Positions 12,131-25,930 of a DNA stretch of 64,000 nucleotides are shown piece after piece. The translations under genes were made by a program, and so were the position numbers. The notes under the pieces were generated by a model. That model had not been told where the DNA came from, made no database searches, and was given only the letters and a program-made list of their open reading frames with translations. Positions within the stretch are counted from its first letter, which is position 1, and each line of letters begins with the position of its first letter. The stretch is from assembly GCF_004010195.1 (NCBI RefSeq), contig NC_057718.1:19281905-19345904 (forward strand). The letters run 5' to 3'. This DNA comes from Chiloscyllium plagiosum (lineage: Eukaryota).

Positions 12131-13380
12131 AGTATGACCTTGCTGAATAAGGAGTGTGGCTTTTGGCATTTCTACTCTGTCCTCTACCTCTGTCCAGATC
12201 AGGCAAATCAAGTATGGTTTCTACTGTCAAATAAGTTCAACTGCAAGTCAGTTGGAAATATATGACATGTGCAGAATTGCACCTGTTGTACCAACCAGCA
12301 ACGGACTGTTGCCAAAAACTGCAATCGTACATGCACAAAGATTTGCACATGAATAACTAAGCTATGCTGACACATCTAAAAATATGTTAAAGCACTAAAG
12401 CAGAGTTGTCAATTCCTCCACATACGCAACTGCGCTTTTTTCAGAAGCTGACTTATTTTTCGAGACAGGTTGGATTCCATTCGAGCCAAAGAGTGGGTGT
12501 TCGAACAGACTGAAACACGGTTCATTCCTATTGTCAGTGAAGTGTTAAAGCAGCTCTGTCTAGACTGACATGGTCTGGGTTTTATCATTCCCTGTTCACT
12601 TTGCCATTTTCATACTTTAAACATGGGCAAATGTGCTGCCCCTTGCAACAACAAATACTCTACAGGAGTTTACAGAAGAATAAATCTTTTTCAGTTAAAT
12701 GGAAAATTGGAACATGGTCACATTCAATGTCCAAGACAGTGACCGAAGGCTCAAATCTTTTTGCTGATCTGTGAATTTGAGTATGTCAATGTAGCTGACT
12801 GGTTTTTCAGCACTGGAAGCACAAATACAGTTTGCAGACAGATCAGTCAATTCACAATTTATGCCAGGCAAAGAACATTTTGATTAGTGTGTTCTCACTC
12901 ATTCTTGAAGGGAATATTGCTGAATAGGGTCAGACTTGATGTTCCACCAGCTTTTAGGTAATTACTCATCACCTGTTCTTCCAACTGTAGACAGAGGTAT
13001 GAGCGAAATAAGATTCTGTTGTTAACGGGGGCTACGACTCTGTTGCTAATGGGGTAAGATTCTGTGGCATTGAAGGAATAGGATGATCAGAACATGGGAC
13101 TGGAGGGGAAATCCTGCAAACTAGTAGCAGCTGCAAAATGACACATTATGTTAGATTGGCTGTATGCCCTGATGCATTCAAAATTGGGATTATCTGTGTG
13201 GCATGGACCACTTTGAAAAGCATAATTTCTTGAGAGTGCCGAACCAAACAATTTTACCCAGGCGTCACACTTCAGTTTCTATCACGTTTTCAACTGGCTG
13301 AATACAGCTGGAACACCACCACATTGCTTCCTTGATGTCACGCAGGGTGTGTTATTGAAAATGAATGGTTCGATTCTGAC

Positions 13381-13467
13381 CTTTGTAGTTTTGTCCACTG
13401 ATTCCATAGGCTGAGTCTCCATTAGGAATGAAGCCCTTACCCTCAGGGCACATGGCAGCGAATTCAG
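13381..13467 (-). CDS. LTBP1: LTBP1-like exon, C-terminal part of TB3 plus linker
   Basis: 87 nt; ctgtag / gtcaga; PEFAAMCPEGKGFIPNGDSAYGISGQNYK supplies the eighth Cys and is in frame with both neighbours. Confidence 0.92.
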
Positions 13468-14320
13468 CTACAGAATAAAATAGAGAAGTTACATCAGAAT
13501 CGGTGGAAGAGAATGTTCTCATATATGTAAGCAATCCAAATCCATGAAGGAAAAACAAAAAGAGCAAATGCTGGAGAAATGCAACAGATCTGGCAGCACT
13601 TGTGGAGAGAGACACAGAGTTAACATTTCAAGCCTGTATGACCCTTCATCAGAACTGATGAAGGAGATCTTTATCATCTGCACTGGATGGCCAATCAGTT
13701 ACAAGTGCAATCATAACTGGCTCAGACATTTGACAACATTCACTTTACCCTCTTCCCACTCTCCAAAACTACATGCTCCACACACAATGACTGTGCAATA
13801 ATCTACAAAAGCATATATTTATTTAGCAATTTTAATCTAATGAAACATCCCAAGGTGCTTCACAGGAATATGATAAAACAAAGTAGCATGAAGTAATTAG
13901 AGGGTCAACCTGTGTTGTAAAACCCTGCCCAGAAGCGTATAATAAATATGTGCCCCAAGCAATATGTGGGCCTTTGTATTTTCTATGCAATTTAGTCTTG
14001 GGTCAACGCTAGCTTTACTCAATCCCAACAACGAGGTGGGAAGTGGAGCTGAGTCCATGGAAAGATTAACCATGATTTTATTGAATAGCGGAGCAGGCTC
14101 AGCAGACCTGATGGTCTACTCCTGCTCCTAGTTCTTTATGTTGTGACTGGAGGAAAGAAGCCACCTAACATGCTGGCTTGTCGAGTGATGCTGTCCCTGG
14201 AAACAACCTTAACTCCTGCTTGCCTTGTAAGTCCCTCGGACACAAAGAACATACTCTACTTTTTTCAATGGCTGAGCAAGTCAAGCCAAGCAGCACTGAG
14301 ACAGGCAGACAGACCCACAG

Positions 14321-14496
14321 GGGAAAGTGAGGACTGCAGATGCTGGAGATCGGAGTCAAAAAGTGTAGCGCTGGAAAAGCACAGCAGGTCAAGCAGCATC
14401 AGAAGAGCAGACTGAAGGGCTTATGCCCGAATCGTTGACTCTCCTGCTCCTTGGATGCTCCCTGACCTGCTGTGCTTTTCCAGCACACCTTTTGAA
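14321..14496. mobile_element. Short fold-back Penelope-like insert (gaaagtgaggactgcagatgctgg family)
   Basis: Inverted arms gctggaaaagcacagcaggtca / tgacctgctgtgcttttccagc; TSD agacccacag at 14311-14320 and 14497-14506; partial hammerhead (gggcttatgcccga). Confidence 0.8.
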
Positions 14497-14857
14497 AGAC
14501 CCACAGCCCGCCCAAAAGGAATATATGCCACACTAAGTGACACATATGATCCAACCTCATTTTATGTGATGAGACCAGCTCACTCCAACACAGGGTCAGG
14601 TCAATGGAGTGTGAACAGGTGGGGACTTTATTATTGCACCCTGTCCCTCAAACACACTCAGCTTCATGGACTGGTCATACAGAGAAAAGACCTCCTTTTC
14701 ATTTGGAGGGTGAATACAGTGACTTGTCAAACATATAAAGAACTCTCAGTTCGTGAGCAGCATTCAAAATTTTTAACGCACTGCTATCTAACCGCTTTCC
14801 CTATCAAATGCACGGCAAAAACATTACAGCCGGTCCTTTCTCCAGGAGCAAACTTAC

Positions 14858-15013
14858 GAGTGCCAAACATTGGACATGGAAACACTTCACAGTTGTCACC
14901 CCAGCCAGCTCCCAGTGTGCAGCAACATTCTTGTTTGGTGACGTTGGAAGCCAGGACATTGTCACAGAAGTGGACATCATTGAGATTGTAGTAACATTCC
15001 TTTTTTCCTTCTG
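14858..15013 (-). CDS. LTBP1: LTBP1-like exon, N-terminal part of the third TB (8-Cys) domain, the latent TGF-beta-binding domain
   Basis: 156 nt (153 nt with the second AG of a CAGCAG acceptor); donor gtaagt; (A)EGKKECYYNLNDVHFCDNVLASNVTKQECCCTLGAGWGDNCEVFPCPMFGT with the CCC triplet. Very close to LTBP1 TB3 as recalled. Confidence 0.95.
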
Positions 15014-18000
15014 CTGGAGAAAGAAAGCACAACAGTTGGTCAAGCTTTGAGGTGAATACAGTTCAGAGTGCCCCATATTCCCAGAAACCCTTAGCCTGTG
15101 GCTGTCCTGTTCAACTGAAGTCTCCACTGAATTGAGCAACACTTCCCAAATCAACAGAACAGTGGATGATCCTGAGTATCAACAAGTGTCCTGCAATTGC
15201 TCATGTATATGATCTGAGGAAATGGAACTATTCTGAACATTTCAATGAAATAATTTAAAAGCTGCCGTGTTGACAACACATCATTTATCTTCCTTCATGT
15301 TTCTCTGTATCTAATTACAACAAATTCTCTTCTATTGGATTCAGCGAATACATTATGTGTGTCCTCCCTTAAAGTCATTTTCCTCTATATACATTTGTAT
15401 TCACATCAGCAGAACTCTGTTCTCACATTTTGCGGTGTAGTATTTATGCAGATCATCCTAAGCAGTGCAGGACTGAAACTATTCCGGCCAGAAGGGGAAT
15501 CTCTCAAAGATTGCGAGCATTGGGCTGTCTCAAATAACTGACTATGGTAATAGCCAAATCTAGCAGTGTGGGGAGGGGGCTTTTGGGGGTTGGGGCGTGA
15601 GGGTTAAAGCAATGTGGGCAGACCATTTCCAGAGTCACCTCAAGGCTGCTGCTCAACAACAAGTGAACAGACATATTCACTTGCTGAGGCCTAAGACAGG
15701 GTTAGACCACAAACACATATTGGTTTTCACTTAGTGTTACTTGGGAAGGGTGTCCTCTGAGGACCTGACCCTCAGTGAATCTGATGCCATATTCTATAGG
15801 CACGTCTTCATTCGGTCTTCTGGGCCCACATTGTCCGGTCAGAAATGTGCCTCATCCACGAGCAGTGGGAGGAATGCCCACATGATATCGGGAGGTGGGG
15901 CCCCCAAAACTGCTGCTTCCACAAAGAGAGCCCTGGGCAAAGAGGAAATCAAAGCCGAGCCAAACTTTCTGGCCCCAACTGCACAGGTAGCCTGGGGTGG
16001 GCAGTACAAACATGAAAGGTGTCCTCAACCCTGAATTCCAGCCATCATTGCCAGTCACTGATGGGCAGAACCTCTGGGGTTGTGGCAACCTGAAGGAATT
16101 GTCACACACCTCTGATTGTACAGTGCTTGTGACATGCTGGAACTCTGTGGTGGACTCACGAGGAAGAAAAGCAGGTTATTTGGCCCCATCCTGGGTGTGC
16201 TGGTTCTTTGAAAGACCTATCCAAGTAATCCCTTCGGCCAGTGCCCTGGCATCTTTCTATTTCACACAGTTATCCATATGCCCATTGTAAAATCACTGTT
16301 AAAGCTGATCCCAACCGCTCCTCAGGCAGTCACTGTAGAGTAGATCACTTTGACTGCAGTTCAGAGGTTCGAGGATTGATGACTTTGCATCTTTTAAAAA
16401 ATGTATTCTCTCAGGGATTGGAGTGTTTTGGGCAAGGCCAGTATTTATTACTTGATTCCAATATTCTTACCTAGGGCAGTTAAGCATCAACCACATTGCT
16501 GAGGGTCTGGAATAGACCAGACCAGGTAAGAATGGCAGATTTCCTTCTCTAAAGGGCATTTGTGAGTCAAATGGGCTTTTAGTGCCAATCATTATATAGC
16601 CATATTCATTAAATGAACTTCAATTCCTCCAGCATTTGGTTTTGACCCCATGTCCCACAATTGGGATTACTATCCCAGTGATGTTACCACTGTGCTGCCA
16701 TATCTTCTACTGGGCAATAGGACAACACTGTTCCTTTCTGTTTTTCTTCTTTCAAATGCTGAAGTCTAACATTCCTATTGGCTCTAGTAATTGCTTTAGG
16801 TCAGGCATTCAATCAAAAACACCCTTACACATTCATTTATTAAAATATTTTGTTTTCTAATGCAACACAGTCAAACAAAGCTTGAAGACCAGTTTGCCAA
16901 GTCCTTTTCAAACAGAGATAGTTGGACAGTGACCAGGAATGGGAAGCCCGAACGATTTTCTCCACGCTATAACTGAGCTCTCCTGAATCCAGCATTCCTG
17001 CTCGATGCCATCATTAACTGACTCAGCGCAATCTAACTCCAGAGATGACAGAAAAGTCCCAAATCACTCTCTGAACCCACTGGACAAAAGAGGTTTCTAC
17101 TGAAAGGCAGAACAAGACAACTGCACCAATCCTCAAAACTCTGCTGATTCATTCGGGACACTCTGCCGTCTGTCTGTCTGTCTACCTCTGCAATAGCGAG
17201 ATTACTATCACCCATAGGCAAATAAAAATTTGATTCCAGTAAATAAAAATGGCAGTTAGCTTAGTATGGAAAGATCCCTGTTTTTCCTATTCTGTCCCTT
17301 CTAGGAATGTTATTGCCAATAAATTGCTGTGTTGCAGGAATGACTTATTTCACTTTATAATGTGCTGCTCTCATATTCAGAGAAAGTAAAGGAGAACTGC
17401 AGAGCACGTTATTGTGCAGTAACTTTCAGCCAACTTCTTTCACTAATTAAACCAGACTTTGTGGAATCTCTCATTGGTGGGTTTTGCAATTGGCATAATT
17501 TTAAAACCTGCAATTCTTTGTGACATATTAATTAAAACAGACCACCACATCACTGGCGTTGACAACTCAACACAATTTCTCACCGAATGGGAATAGGAGA
17601 TTTTGCGACATCGCTATTTGTCAGTTTGACTGCAGAGCTCTCTGAAAGCAAAGAGAGTGAAACCAGCTCAAAGGTGTGCAGCAGAACTATGGGCAGGTGC
17701 TGACTGAAACTTCAAAAGTGTGGGCACCTGTTGACCTGCCTGTGAATGTTAATGTAAAGTCAGAGCACTGACTCCTATTGACTCTCAGCAGGAGTTAACT
17801 AGGTTCAGAAAGTTGGCTAGCGCTCTGCTGTACTTGCCCAGCAAACTATCTTGTAATGTGCTCCAGTACCCCGATCACCCCCCCTCACAGCTCTCCCATG
17901 CACATCCAAGAATGGAATTGAGAAAATAACTAACCCACACGCTTAGAGTATGCCAAACGAGATTCTTCGTGATCCCAGAAAGGAAAGGTGACCTTTCGAA

Positions 18001-18069
18001 AAAGGGGAACATCAGACAACTCTAACAACTTGCAAGGTTACCCGCCACTCCTCAACCTTCCCAGGAAAG

Positions 18070-18450
18070 AAAGGCTTGCATTCATACAGCACCATCTGAA
18101 AGTGCCTCATAGAGAATGAAGCATGGTTGAAGTGTCATCACAACTGTGATGCAGGGAATGCACTGGCGATTTTGGCACAGCAAGCTCCCATAAACAGCAA
18201 TGTGGCAACAACCAGATACAGAGGAACCTCGGTTATCTAAACAACATGGGCGGGGAGTATTTGTTCGGATAATCAAATGTTTGGAGATTCGAATGCCGGA
18301 TAACACAGTTTAGGCAAGCATCGGCACCTTGTTCGGAAAATCTGACATTTGGATAATCGAGGTTCCTCTGTAATCTGTTTGTTCATGTTGTTAATGGAGA
18401 GATAACTCCAGTGTCCTTCTTTAAAATGAAGCCTGGGATCTTTAGTATCC
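18070..18450 (-). mobile_element. Deu-domain-type SINE relic (SacSINE1/AmnSINE-like), interrupted by a MITE; related tail at about 54340-54515 (+)
   Basis: cagcaagctcccataaacagcaatg is the reverse complement of the cattgctgtttgtggga motif seen at about 54378. Confidence 0.5.
18219..18370. mobile_element. Tc1/mariner-superfamily (Tigger/pogo-like) MITE
   Basis: TIRs cagaggaacctcggttatc / gataatcgaggttcctctg (1 mismatch in 19), flanked by TA on both sides. Confidence 0.88.
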
Positions 18451-18879
18451 ACAGAAGAAACGTGGTTATGTAACAATATACAACATCCAGCAGAACCTAA
18501 ATAATACAGACTCAACATGAAGGCCAGAGATATATTTGATTCACATTATTAATTGAGGCAGTCTTAAATCTTGAGCCTTACTCAATGCAGTTGTTGGGGA
18601 GGAGTGATTCTTGCCAGCTGGCAGGGGGAGCTGCTGAGAGATGGACACTGACTCCTTCAGGCAAAACCCACAAAATCAAATGCAGCAGGGAGGGAGGTAC
18701 CAGTGGGCCTTCATCTGGAATTAGGATCCGGCCGGGAGTGGGACTGGGGTTGGGGCTGGTGTGGATGTTGTAGATGTCCCACCTTATGAGAGTCACTAAA
18801 TAATCAGAGACCGGCAACAATAGATTGGGGGTTAGGGCAGCTGTTGGAGGGGCATTCAGGATCAATAAGCATTGGGTCA

Positions 18880-18951
18880 GTGTGTGTGTGTGTGTCTGTA
18901 TATACCTGTGTATATCTCTGTATATCTGTGTGTATATGTGTGTATGCGTGT

Positions 18952-18983
<32 letters not shown>
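18880..18983. repeat. Compound (TG)n/(TA)/(CG) microsatellite
   Basis: Directly visible. Confidence 0.95.
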
Positions 18984-19259
18984 ATTGGGGGGTGGGGGAA
19001 GAGTGGGTAGGATGAATTATAATTAGAAGTTATGGGGGCGGACAAGGGGTTCGAAAGCCAGGGCAGAGGAGATGCCTCTCACTGGTCAACTCCCTGCCCT
19101 AAATCCTCAAACAGGCACTGATTGCCTTTGGTCAAGTGATTCTCTGTCCAGCAAAACCCCTACGCCTCTAGATGGCCCCCATCTGACAGGCTGCCCACAC
19201 TGGTTAACCCCCCCGCCCATGACCATAACACAATAAGATATGCTTCGTCATTCAATCAT

Positions 19260-19480
19260 GCCAGTGCCTTGTCCCTAACACCATGGGCTGGTCTTATTCA
19301 GCATTCTCCTGTGCTGCACCTTGTCAAAGGCCTTTTGGAAATCCAAATAGATCACAGCCATTGGCTCTCCTTTGTCTAAGTTGCTCATTATTTCCTTAAA
19401 GAATTCTAACAGATTTGTCAGGCATGACCTGCCCTTGATGAAGCCATGCTGACTCGGCCCTATTTTATCATTCACCACCA
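19260..19480 (-). mobile_element. CR1 RT internal fragment
   Basis: SQHGFIKGRSCLTNLLEFF...VIYLDFQKAFDKV. Confidence 0.9.
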
Positions 19481-22219
19481 ACCTGGTTTTCCCAGTCCAC
19501 CTGCATGTTGAAGTCCCCCACGGTTATTGTAGTGGTGCCTCATCTATCTCCTAATTTAGCTGCTGGCCATATCCTGTCTACTGCCAGGAGGCCTTGACAC
19601 AACTCCTATCATGGATTGTTTTCCTCCGCGCTTCTTCAAGTTACAATGTTTGGAAGACATTTGGATAAGTTCATGAATAGGAACTGTTTGGAGGGATATG
19701 GGCCAAGTGCAGGCAGTTGGCTGTAGTTTAGTTTGGGAATGTGGTTGGTGTGGACTGGTTGGATTAAATGTCTGTTTCCGTGCTGTATGACTCTATGACT
19801 CTGACTGTATGACTCTGTAGTTCTACTATACAGATTCTACGCCTTCCAACTCGATACCACTTCTTGCTGTTGATTTAATTTCATTTCTTACTAACAAGGC
19901 AACAGCACCCTCTCTGCCTGTCCTTTTGGTAGGGTGTGTATCCTTGAATATTTAGATCCCCTTGCATCCATGTCTCTGTGATACCCATAACATCATGCAA
20001 ATTAATTTCATTCTGCTCTACTGGCTCATGGTCTTGTTCCAGTGACACGTTCGCTTGGTACTGAGTTAATCCTTAAATGGCCTGCTAAAGACCTCAACTG
20101 ACAGTGGGAGATAGACAATGGGCCTTCAGATTGAGCTCCATGTCCCCGAGTTGAGTGATATTCCCATCTCTGTGCACTGAGAGCTATCGATTCTCGTCCA
20201 TGGAGTGGGTTAAAAACAAAGAAAGAAAGAAAACTTCAGCTTGCAAGAAGATCAGATCAGGACAGGAAATTTGAAATAATGGGCTCTCCACCACCAGTTT
20301 TGATGGTTGGAGCCATCCACAGAACCAGTGGCCAAAGTGACTGGGTAGCTAGAGATGAACATTGCCAAAAATGGTGGACAGCTCCTCTGGGTCCCCCTTT
20401 TACCACCTCAATTGGCAAACAGCTCGCTGTCCAGGAAAGCTCTTAACATGCCCGCCCTTTATACTAGGAGGTCACAGACACACTCTGCTAAGACACAGGC
20501 AGCTAACAGGGGGGGGGATTCATCCATTGGGATGGAAGTTAGAACATGCTGAACTATGTGGAAAACGCACCTTAAGGAAAGGAGGCCAGAATCAAATATT
20601 TATGGGGAGAGCAGACTTCCATACAAGAAATGAACTCAACATCATCACGTTGAGCTTTGCTGCAGGTTTATCTGAGACAGGTTCATGTCTCACTGTGGTC
20701 CCAATGAGACATGAACCTGTGAAATATATAACTATATATTTCATACCCAAGACTACTGGGCTTAATTTTCCATTCAACAAAAAATTGCCGAATATGATCT
20801 CAAAATATTAATAAAAATCCAGTGGAATAGGAAGGAATTTCACTTATTCAATCACTTTAAGTAGTGGCTTCAGTGTTGGTGTTTATCCGGGGATTTTTTT
20901 GTTCAGTTCTACATTGTTTTTCAAGCTGTCAGCTTTTTTTGGGTCTGTGTCAGCTTTTTTCAATCTAGCGGGTTGGCATGTACACTGCTCTGGGGAGACA
21001 TAAACCAGAATGTAAAATGACCATCGGCAAATCTCATCAAAGCTGTGACTGCCAACCCCACAAACTAATATCAACTACAGAGCAGGGTTTTACAATCCGA
21101 TCAGACAAGATGATAAACAGCATCATCCAGTTTATTTGCTCAGTTTAAGATCATGAAGATCGAAAGGGAAGACTTAATCAGAGCTTGTGTTCAAAGAAAA
21201 AGTCAGCGTCAGAGTGTCTCACAAGGAAAGGGTGAATGGATTGGGCCCACATTTATTGCTGTTGAGATAAACATGAAGTGATCCCATTGAAGTTTTTGAA
21301 GTTCTTCAGTGCTAAGTAAGATAAACGCTATGCGATTATTGCCCTTAGCTACAGAGTCTAGAATTGCCTCAAGGTGTCAGCCATTTGGGATTACGATGAG
21401 AAACTTCTTCACTCAGAGGAATCTTTCAAATTCAACGTAAGATTAAAGAAACAGCTCTAAATAAAGAGGAGTCATTGCTTAAAGCCATCAAATGAGTTAA
21501 ATTCCTTCTCATTCCATTGGACTGCTATTAATGCTTCGAGATGACATTTGGCGATTCAGTTTGTTTTTTAATGAAAACTTAGCCTCAGTAATCTCAGGTA
21601 TGACATCTGGAAGAAAATACTTGCAATGGGACTCCAGCGAGAAAGTGACATGCCTCAGAGACAGCTGTAGCAAAGCCGAAAAGCCCACTTTGTGAATGGT
21701 GAGCATAAAACTACAATGATGCTGACGTCTTTTTCTTTAACCTGTTCATGGGATATGGGCATGGTAGGCACAGAAGCATTTACTGACCGTTCCCCAATTG
21801 CCCTGGAGAAAGTGGTGGTGAGACATTTGCAGTCCTTGGGGTGTTTTGACACCCACCGTGCTGTTAGGAAGGTTCTAAGCATCAATGGAGGAGCAAATCA
21901 CTGCAGGTGCTGGGATCTGTACTGAAAACCACATCGCTGGAAATCACAGTATCTGTGGAGAGAGAGCTCTGATGAAGAGTCATCCCGACTCGATACATTA
22001 GCTTTCTCTCTGTCTCCACAGATGCTGCCTGCTCCATTGTGATTTCCAGTACTTTTTGTTTCCAGACTGAAAATCAAGCCCTGAATTATAAACTGCAAGT
22101 ACAGTACCCTGAGTTAGACGGAGTACATGTAAATGGTTGTCTCATCAACAATTAAAACCTCACTGCAGTTCGTGACATTGGTGTAAACGGTGTGATTTAT
22201 ACATTTCAGTATTATTTAT

Positions 22220-23219
22220 TGTATGATTAGGATTCTGACTTTGAATTGGTAACCACTGGATTTTTTGTGTGTCTAGTCAATGATTATATCGTAAACATTT
22301 CCGTAAACATTGCATTTTCTTCTAAAACAGCGTTTGAGCGCTAGCTTTAGAATAAAGGGTTTTTTTTGTATGTTAGTGGGGTTTTACCCCTGAACAAGTT
22401 TGAGTTTAGAAAATCGGCAGAGTTTTTTTAAGCTTAAGGGAAACACCCATAACTTAGAGAAAAAAGTTGTTTTTTTAAAAGTTTAACTTTGAGTTTTGGG
22501 TCAGACCAGTGAAGTAATTGAAACAGGACGGCGGTGTAAACCATGCTCCTGAGATGGGAAGGATCTATAGTGGAGTGGCTTTGGAATGAAGAGTTAATGT
22601 TAGTTCCATACCAGACCTGTTAGGATAAAACTCTGAAGAGGGTTACTTAATGCAAAGTACAGTAAAGCTGATGAAGGAGCAGCATTCCCAAAGCAAGCGC
22701 TTCCAAATAAACCTGTTGGACTATAACCTGGTGTTGTGTAATTTTTAACTTGTACAGTAAAGCTCAAGCACACTATAGCTCCAAGAAGATATTTGTAGTT
22801 CCATTCAAAAGGTTGAAGTCACAAGTGACTTAAATCTATTGTCGAGTTAGGTACAGAACTGTGGTAAGAGTAATATAGTGAGTGATGTTTCAGACACTGT
22901 ACCAGGCATAGATTTTCAGTAATATATAAAAGCCATTCTATTACTTCTCAATTTATGAAGCAGCATTTTGGGAAATGTTGGTATTATACTTTTACAGTCT
23001 GTTTAAAAACCTTCGCACCTGTATTATAAGTAGATGGCTTGGGTTTATCCTATTTTACCTTCATTCCTTTTGTTAATAATAAGCTTCTGATTCTTTTTTG
23101 TTATCTGCAGCATCGTGTGCTTAAATCTTAGCGACAAATTAAAAATTGATCTATCAAGCCAGGTTCCTGTCTGGGATCGGACTTGTCCGGTATTTACATC
23201 AGCTAGGATCATAATAACA
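22220..23219 (+). mobile_element. Possible solo LTR of about 1 kb (5' boundary uncertain)
   Basis: T-rich unit ending ...gctaggatcataataaca (LTR-like CA terminus); contains a nested Penelope-like insert. Confidence 0.35.
22670..22751 (+). mobile_element. Penelope-like pLTR fragment with decayed hammerhead
   Basis: ctgatgaaggagc...aaacctgttggactataacctggtgttgtg; 13-bp TSD gtacagtaaagct at 22657-22669 and 22752-22764. Confidence 0.75.
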
Positions 23220-24286
23220 TTCTCCGTCTATGGATAATGCTGGTGTTTTTTTTTTGCAATATCTGGGTCTGTTCTGACTGGGCAAACTTCCATCATAGCC
23301 ACAGGTGCTTTGAAAAAGACACAGTCGCAGCTTTCCACCAAACAATTACAGCACATGCAGGAGCTGCACTCAGATGTCAAACATTGGAATGTGTTTGGAA
23401 TACTCGGCACAGAGAATGTCTCGATTTCTTCAGTGAAATGTGCAACTCATGTAACACAATATCCGAGTATTCATAGCAGACATCGCACAAATTATCGGGG
23501 GCTGAAATTTAAATCCGCAGCCCTGCCCCTAATACTGCCTTTGATTCTCGACTTATTTAGGGGTATTAGTTGGAGCACCTGTACCATGTAGATTCAATCA
23601 CTGTGGTGGAATCTAACTGAGTGAAACTCAATCCAGGCTAGGTTTACTCAAGGAAGGACTGGAATCTGAACCACTCAATCTTTCTCCATTACTATATGAG
23701 CTTTAAATGAGTAATCGCTCTTCGATATGTCACTTTAATTTAACCAGAGGTTTCAGCAGGATTGATTTGACAAAGCCACGAGTGTAATTTTACCCGGTCC
23801 CACCAGTGGATCTGAAGGTGAGGTGGGTTTGTGAAATGGAGTTTGTGTCCTTCCAGCTTCCTCCCACATGTCTCCCATTCTCTGAAGGGGGAGATGGAAG
23901 CTTTATGCCCTCCCTCAGGCCTTTAAGGGGCCAGTGAACTCGAGTACCTCTTTATTCTGACTGCTGTTTTACCCACAGCAAGGGGGATAGCCTACCAGCT
24001 TTAGCTGCGAGGACAGTGTGTCGGGCAAGAGGGCAGAAATCCCAAGTACACCCTTCAGAGGTCTCCTTTGTTCAGCAGAGGCAACACCCACCACCCACCT
24101 AAACCACATAGTGATGCATCCGTTAGCCCATCCGTCCCCTGTACCTCTCAAAACCAGCCTCCCTACTGGGCTCTGCCAACCAGGTCCCATTGATAGCCCA
24201 GACCTCCCAAATGCCCAGCCTCCATTTGCTCCTCAGGGGTCAGTTAGCTCAGTTGACTGGATGGTTGATTTGCAATACAGAGTGAT

Positions 24287-24321
24287 CACCTGATGAAGGA
24301 GCGTCGCTCCGAAAGCTAGTG
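24287..24321 (+). ncRNA. Minimal type I hammerhead ribozyme motif in a Penelope-like repeat (repeat extends to about 24380)
   Basis: CAC-CUGAUGA-A-GGAGC-guc-GCUCC-GAA-AGCU-A-GUG: intact catalytic core, 5-bp stem II, palindromic AGCU in place of stem III, 3-bp stem I. Confidence 0.7.
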
Positions 24322-25050
24322 TGCTTCCAATTAAACCTGTTGGACTATAACCTGGTGTTGTGTGATTTTTAACTTTGTACCTGCTCCTAATTTACTTGAA
24401 ATGACGCAAAAGGGGATTTTGACAGGCAGTAAGTTTACAGAGAATGTCATGTGCCATTCACAGTTGGGGGAGAGGGACAGGAAGGTGGAAGCTCTGACGT
24501 ATCATTTGAAATCCTTAAAGAATGCCAAATCCTTATCAGCCGACAGAGATTAAATTTGCAAGAATGGACTATTCATTTCAGAATGTCATCTGGGTTGGAA
24601 AGGGAGCAGAATCTGAAGCTTTTCCACTGCTGCAGTGAAACAAGAGCTTTTCTGTGTGAGAAAGGTTAGCAATACCCTTCAAATTAATGCAAAGTGATAC
24701 TGTTGTCACTCTCAAAGGCATACTTCAGAAATGTGTATATTCTAGAATAGCTTGCTGTTACTGCAAAAGATGGTTCAGCGCCAACAACAACAGAACTAAA
24801 TTCCGTCCGCTAGACTTTCAAACCAACCCCGAGGTATCTATCCATAACAATATTTCAGATATTATTAAGTGCTGTGAAACTATATATTAGAATCTGAGCT
24901 AGGTGTTAACATGTGGAACCCAGGTCCAAGAAAGAAATCCCTTCCAAATGTTCTTTCGTGCATTTGCCCGTTCCATATCCCAAGGATTATAGCACAAAGA
25001 AGATAAGGTTACACTGTTTGAATGGACCTCAGGGATTTTTCTTGCCATAC

Positions 25051-25194
25051 CTGGAGGCTCAGGGGAGCGGCACTCCCCAGTCATTGGGTCAAATTCCTGG
25101 ACATCATCCGGACAGATGCAAAGGAATGTGCCATCCACATTCTCACAGAGAGCTTCACCACAAACTCCGCTGATCATTTCACACTCGTTTATAT
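25051..25194 (-). CDS. LTBP1: LTBP1-like exon, cbEGF preceding TB3
   Basis: 144 nt; ctccag / gtatgg; DINECEMISGVCGEALCENVDGTFLCICPDDVQEFDPMTGECRSPEPP. Confidence 0.93.
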
Positions 25195-25621
25195 CTGGAG
25201 GTGAGAAAGGGGGCAGCATTAAATGAGAAAAAGGAACAGCCCACACGCAGTGCCCTCTCAATACTTCTATAACTGATGTTTCCGCGATCATCTGTACTTC
25301 CACTCACATTCACACATGGCCGAGACGATCAGGTTTCTATAATTTTGAGGGGAAATTTAGGCTTCGGAATTGGGCCATTTTGAGAACCTCACAACTTACA
25401 CTCCAGTTCCAGCTCAAAATAAAGGAGTAGGGAGGAAGTTTGCAAACTAACCTGTTCAAAACAATTCCTAATTCTTTCCGTAAGGGAAACATTCCCGGGA
25501 TGGGTTGAGCTTTTGGATTCAAAGTTAAAATTGCAAAGATTAATTCCTGAGTAGGTGCAAACTCCACTGGACGATCATCAGAGACCTTGGATGGACAAGT
25601 CTTTCCAAACAACAAAATTAT

Positions 25622-25930
25622 GGTGGTGGCTCAGTGGTTAGCATTGCTGCCTCACAGCGCCAGGGACCCAGGTTCGATTCCACCCTCGGGCAACTGTGTG
25701 GAGTTTGCATATTCTCCCCGTGTCTGCGTGGGTCTCCTTCGGGTGCTCCCGTTTCTTCCCAGTGCAGGTCAGGTGGATTGGTCATGCTAAATTGGCCATA
25801 GTCTCCTGGGATGTGCATTCTAGGTGGATTAGCTGTGAGGATTATGGGGGAGGGAGGTTGGGTCTAGGTGGGCTGCTCCTCGGAGGGTCAGTGGGCCGAA
25901 TGGCCTGCTTCCACACTGTCGCAATTCTAC
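25622..25930 (+). mobile_element. V-SINE (HE1-like)
   Basis: Same head, core and tail as 32353-32664. Confidence 0.85.

Noticed and set aside
14455..14991. 178-aa + strand ORF
   Set aside because: Starts in a fold-back repeat and ends antisense to the TB3 exon; no recognisable domain
18578..19045. 155-aa His/Thr-rich ORF
   Set aside because: Produced by the TG microsatellite
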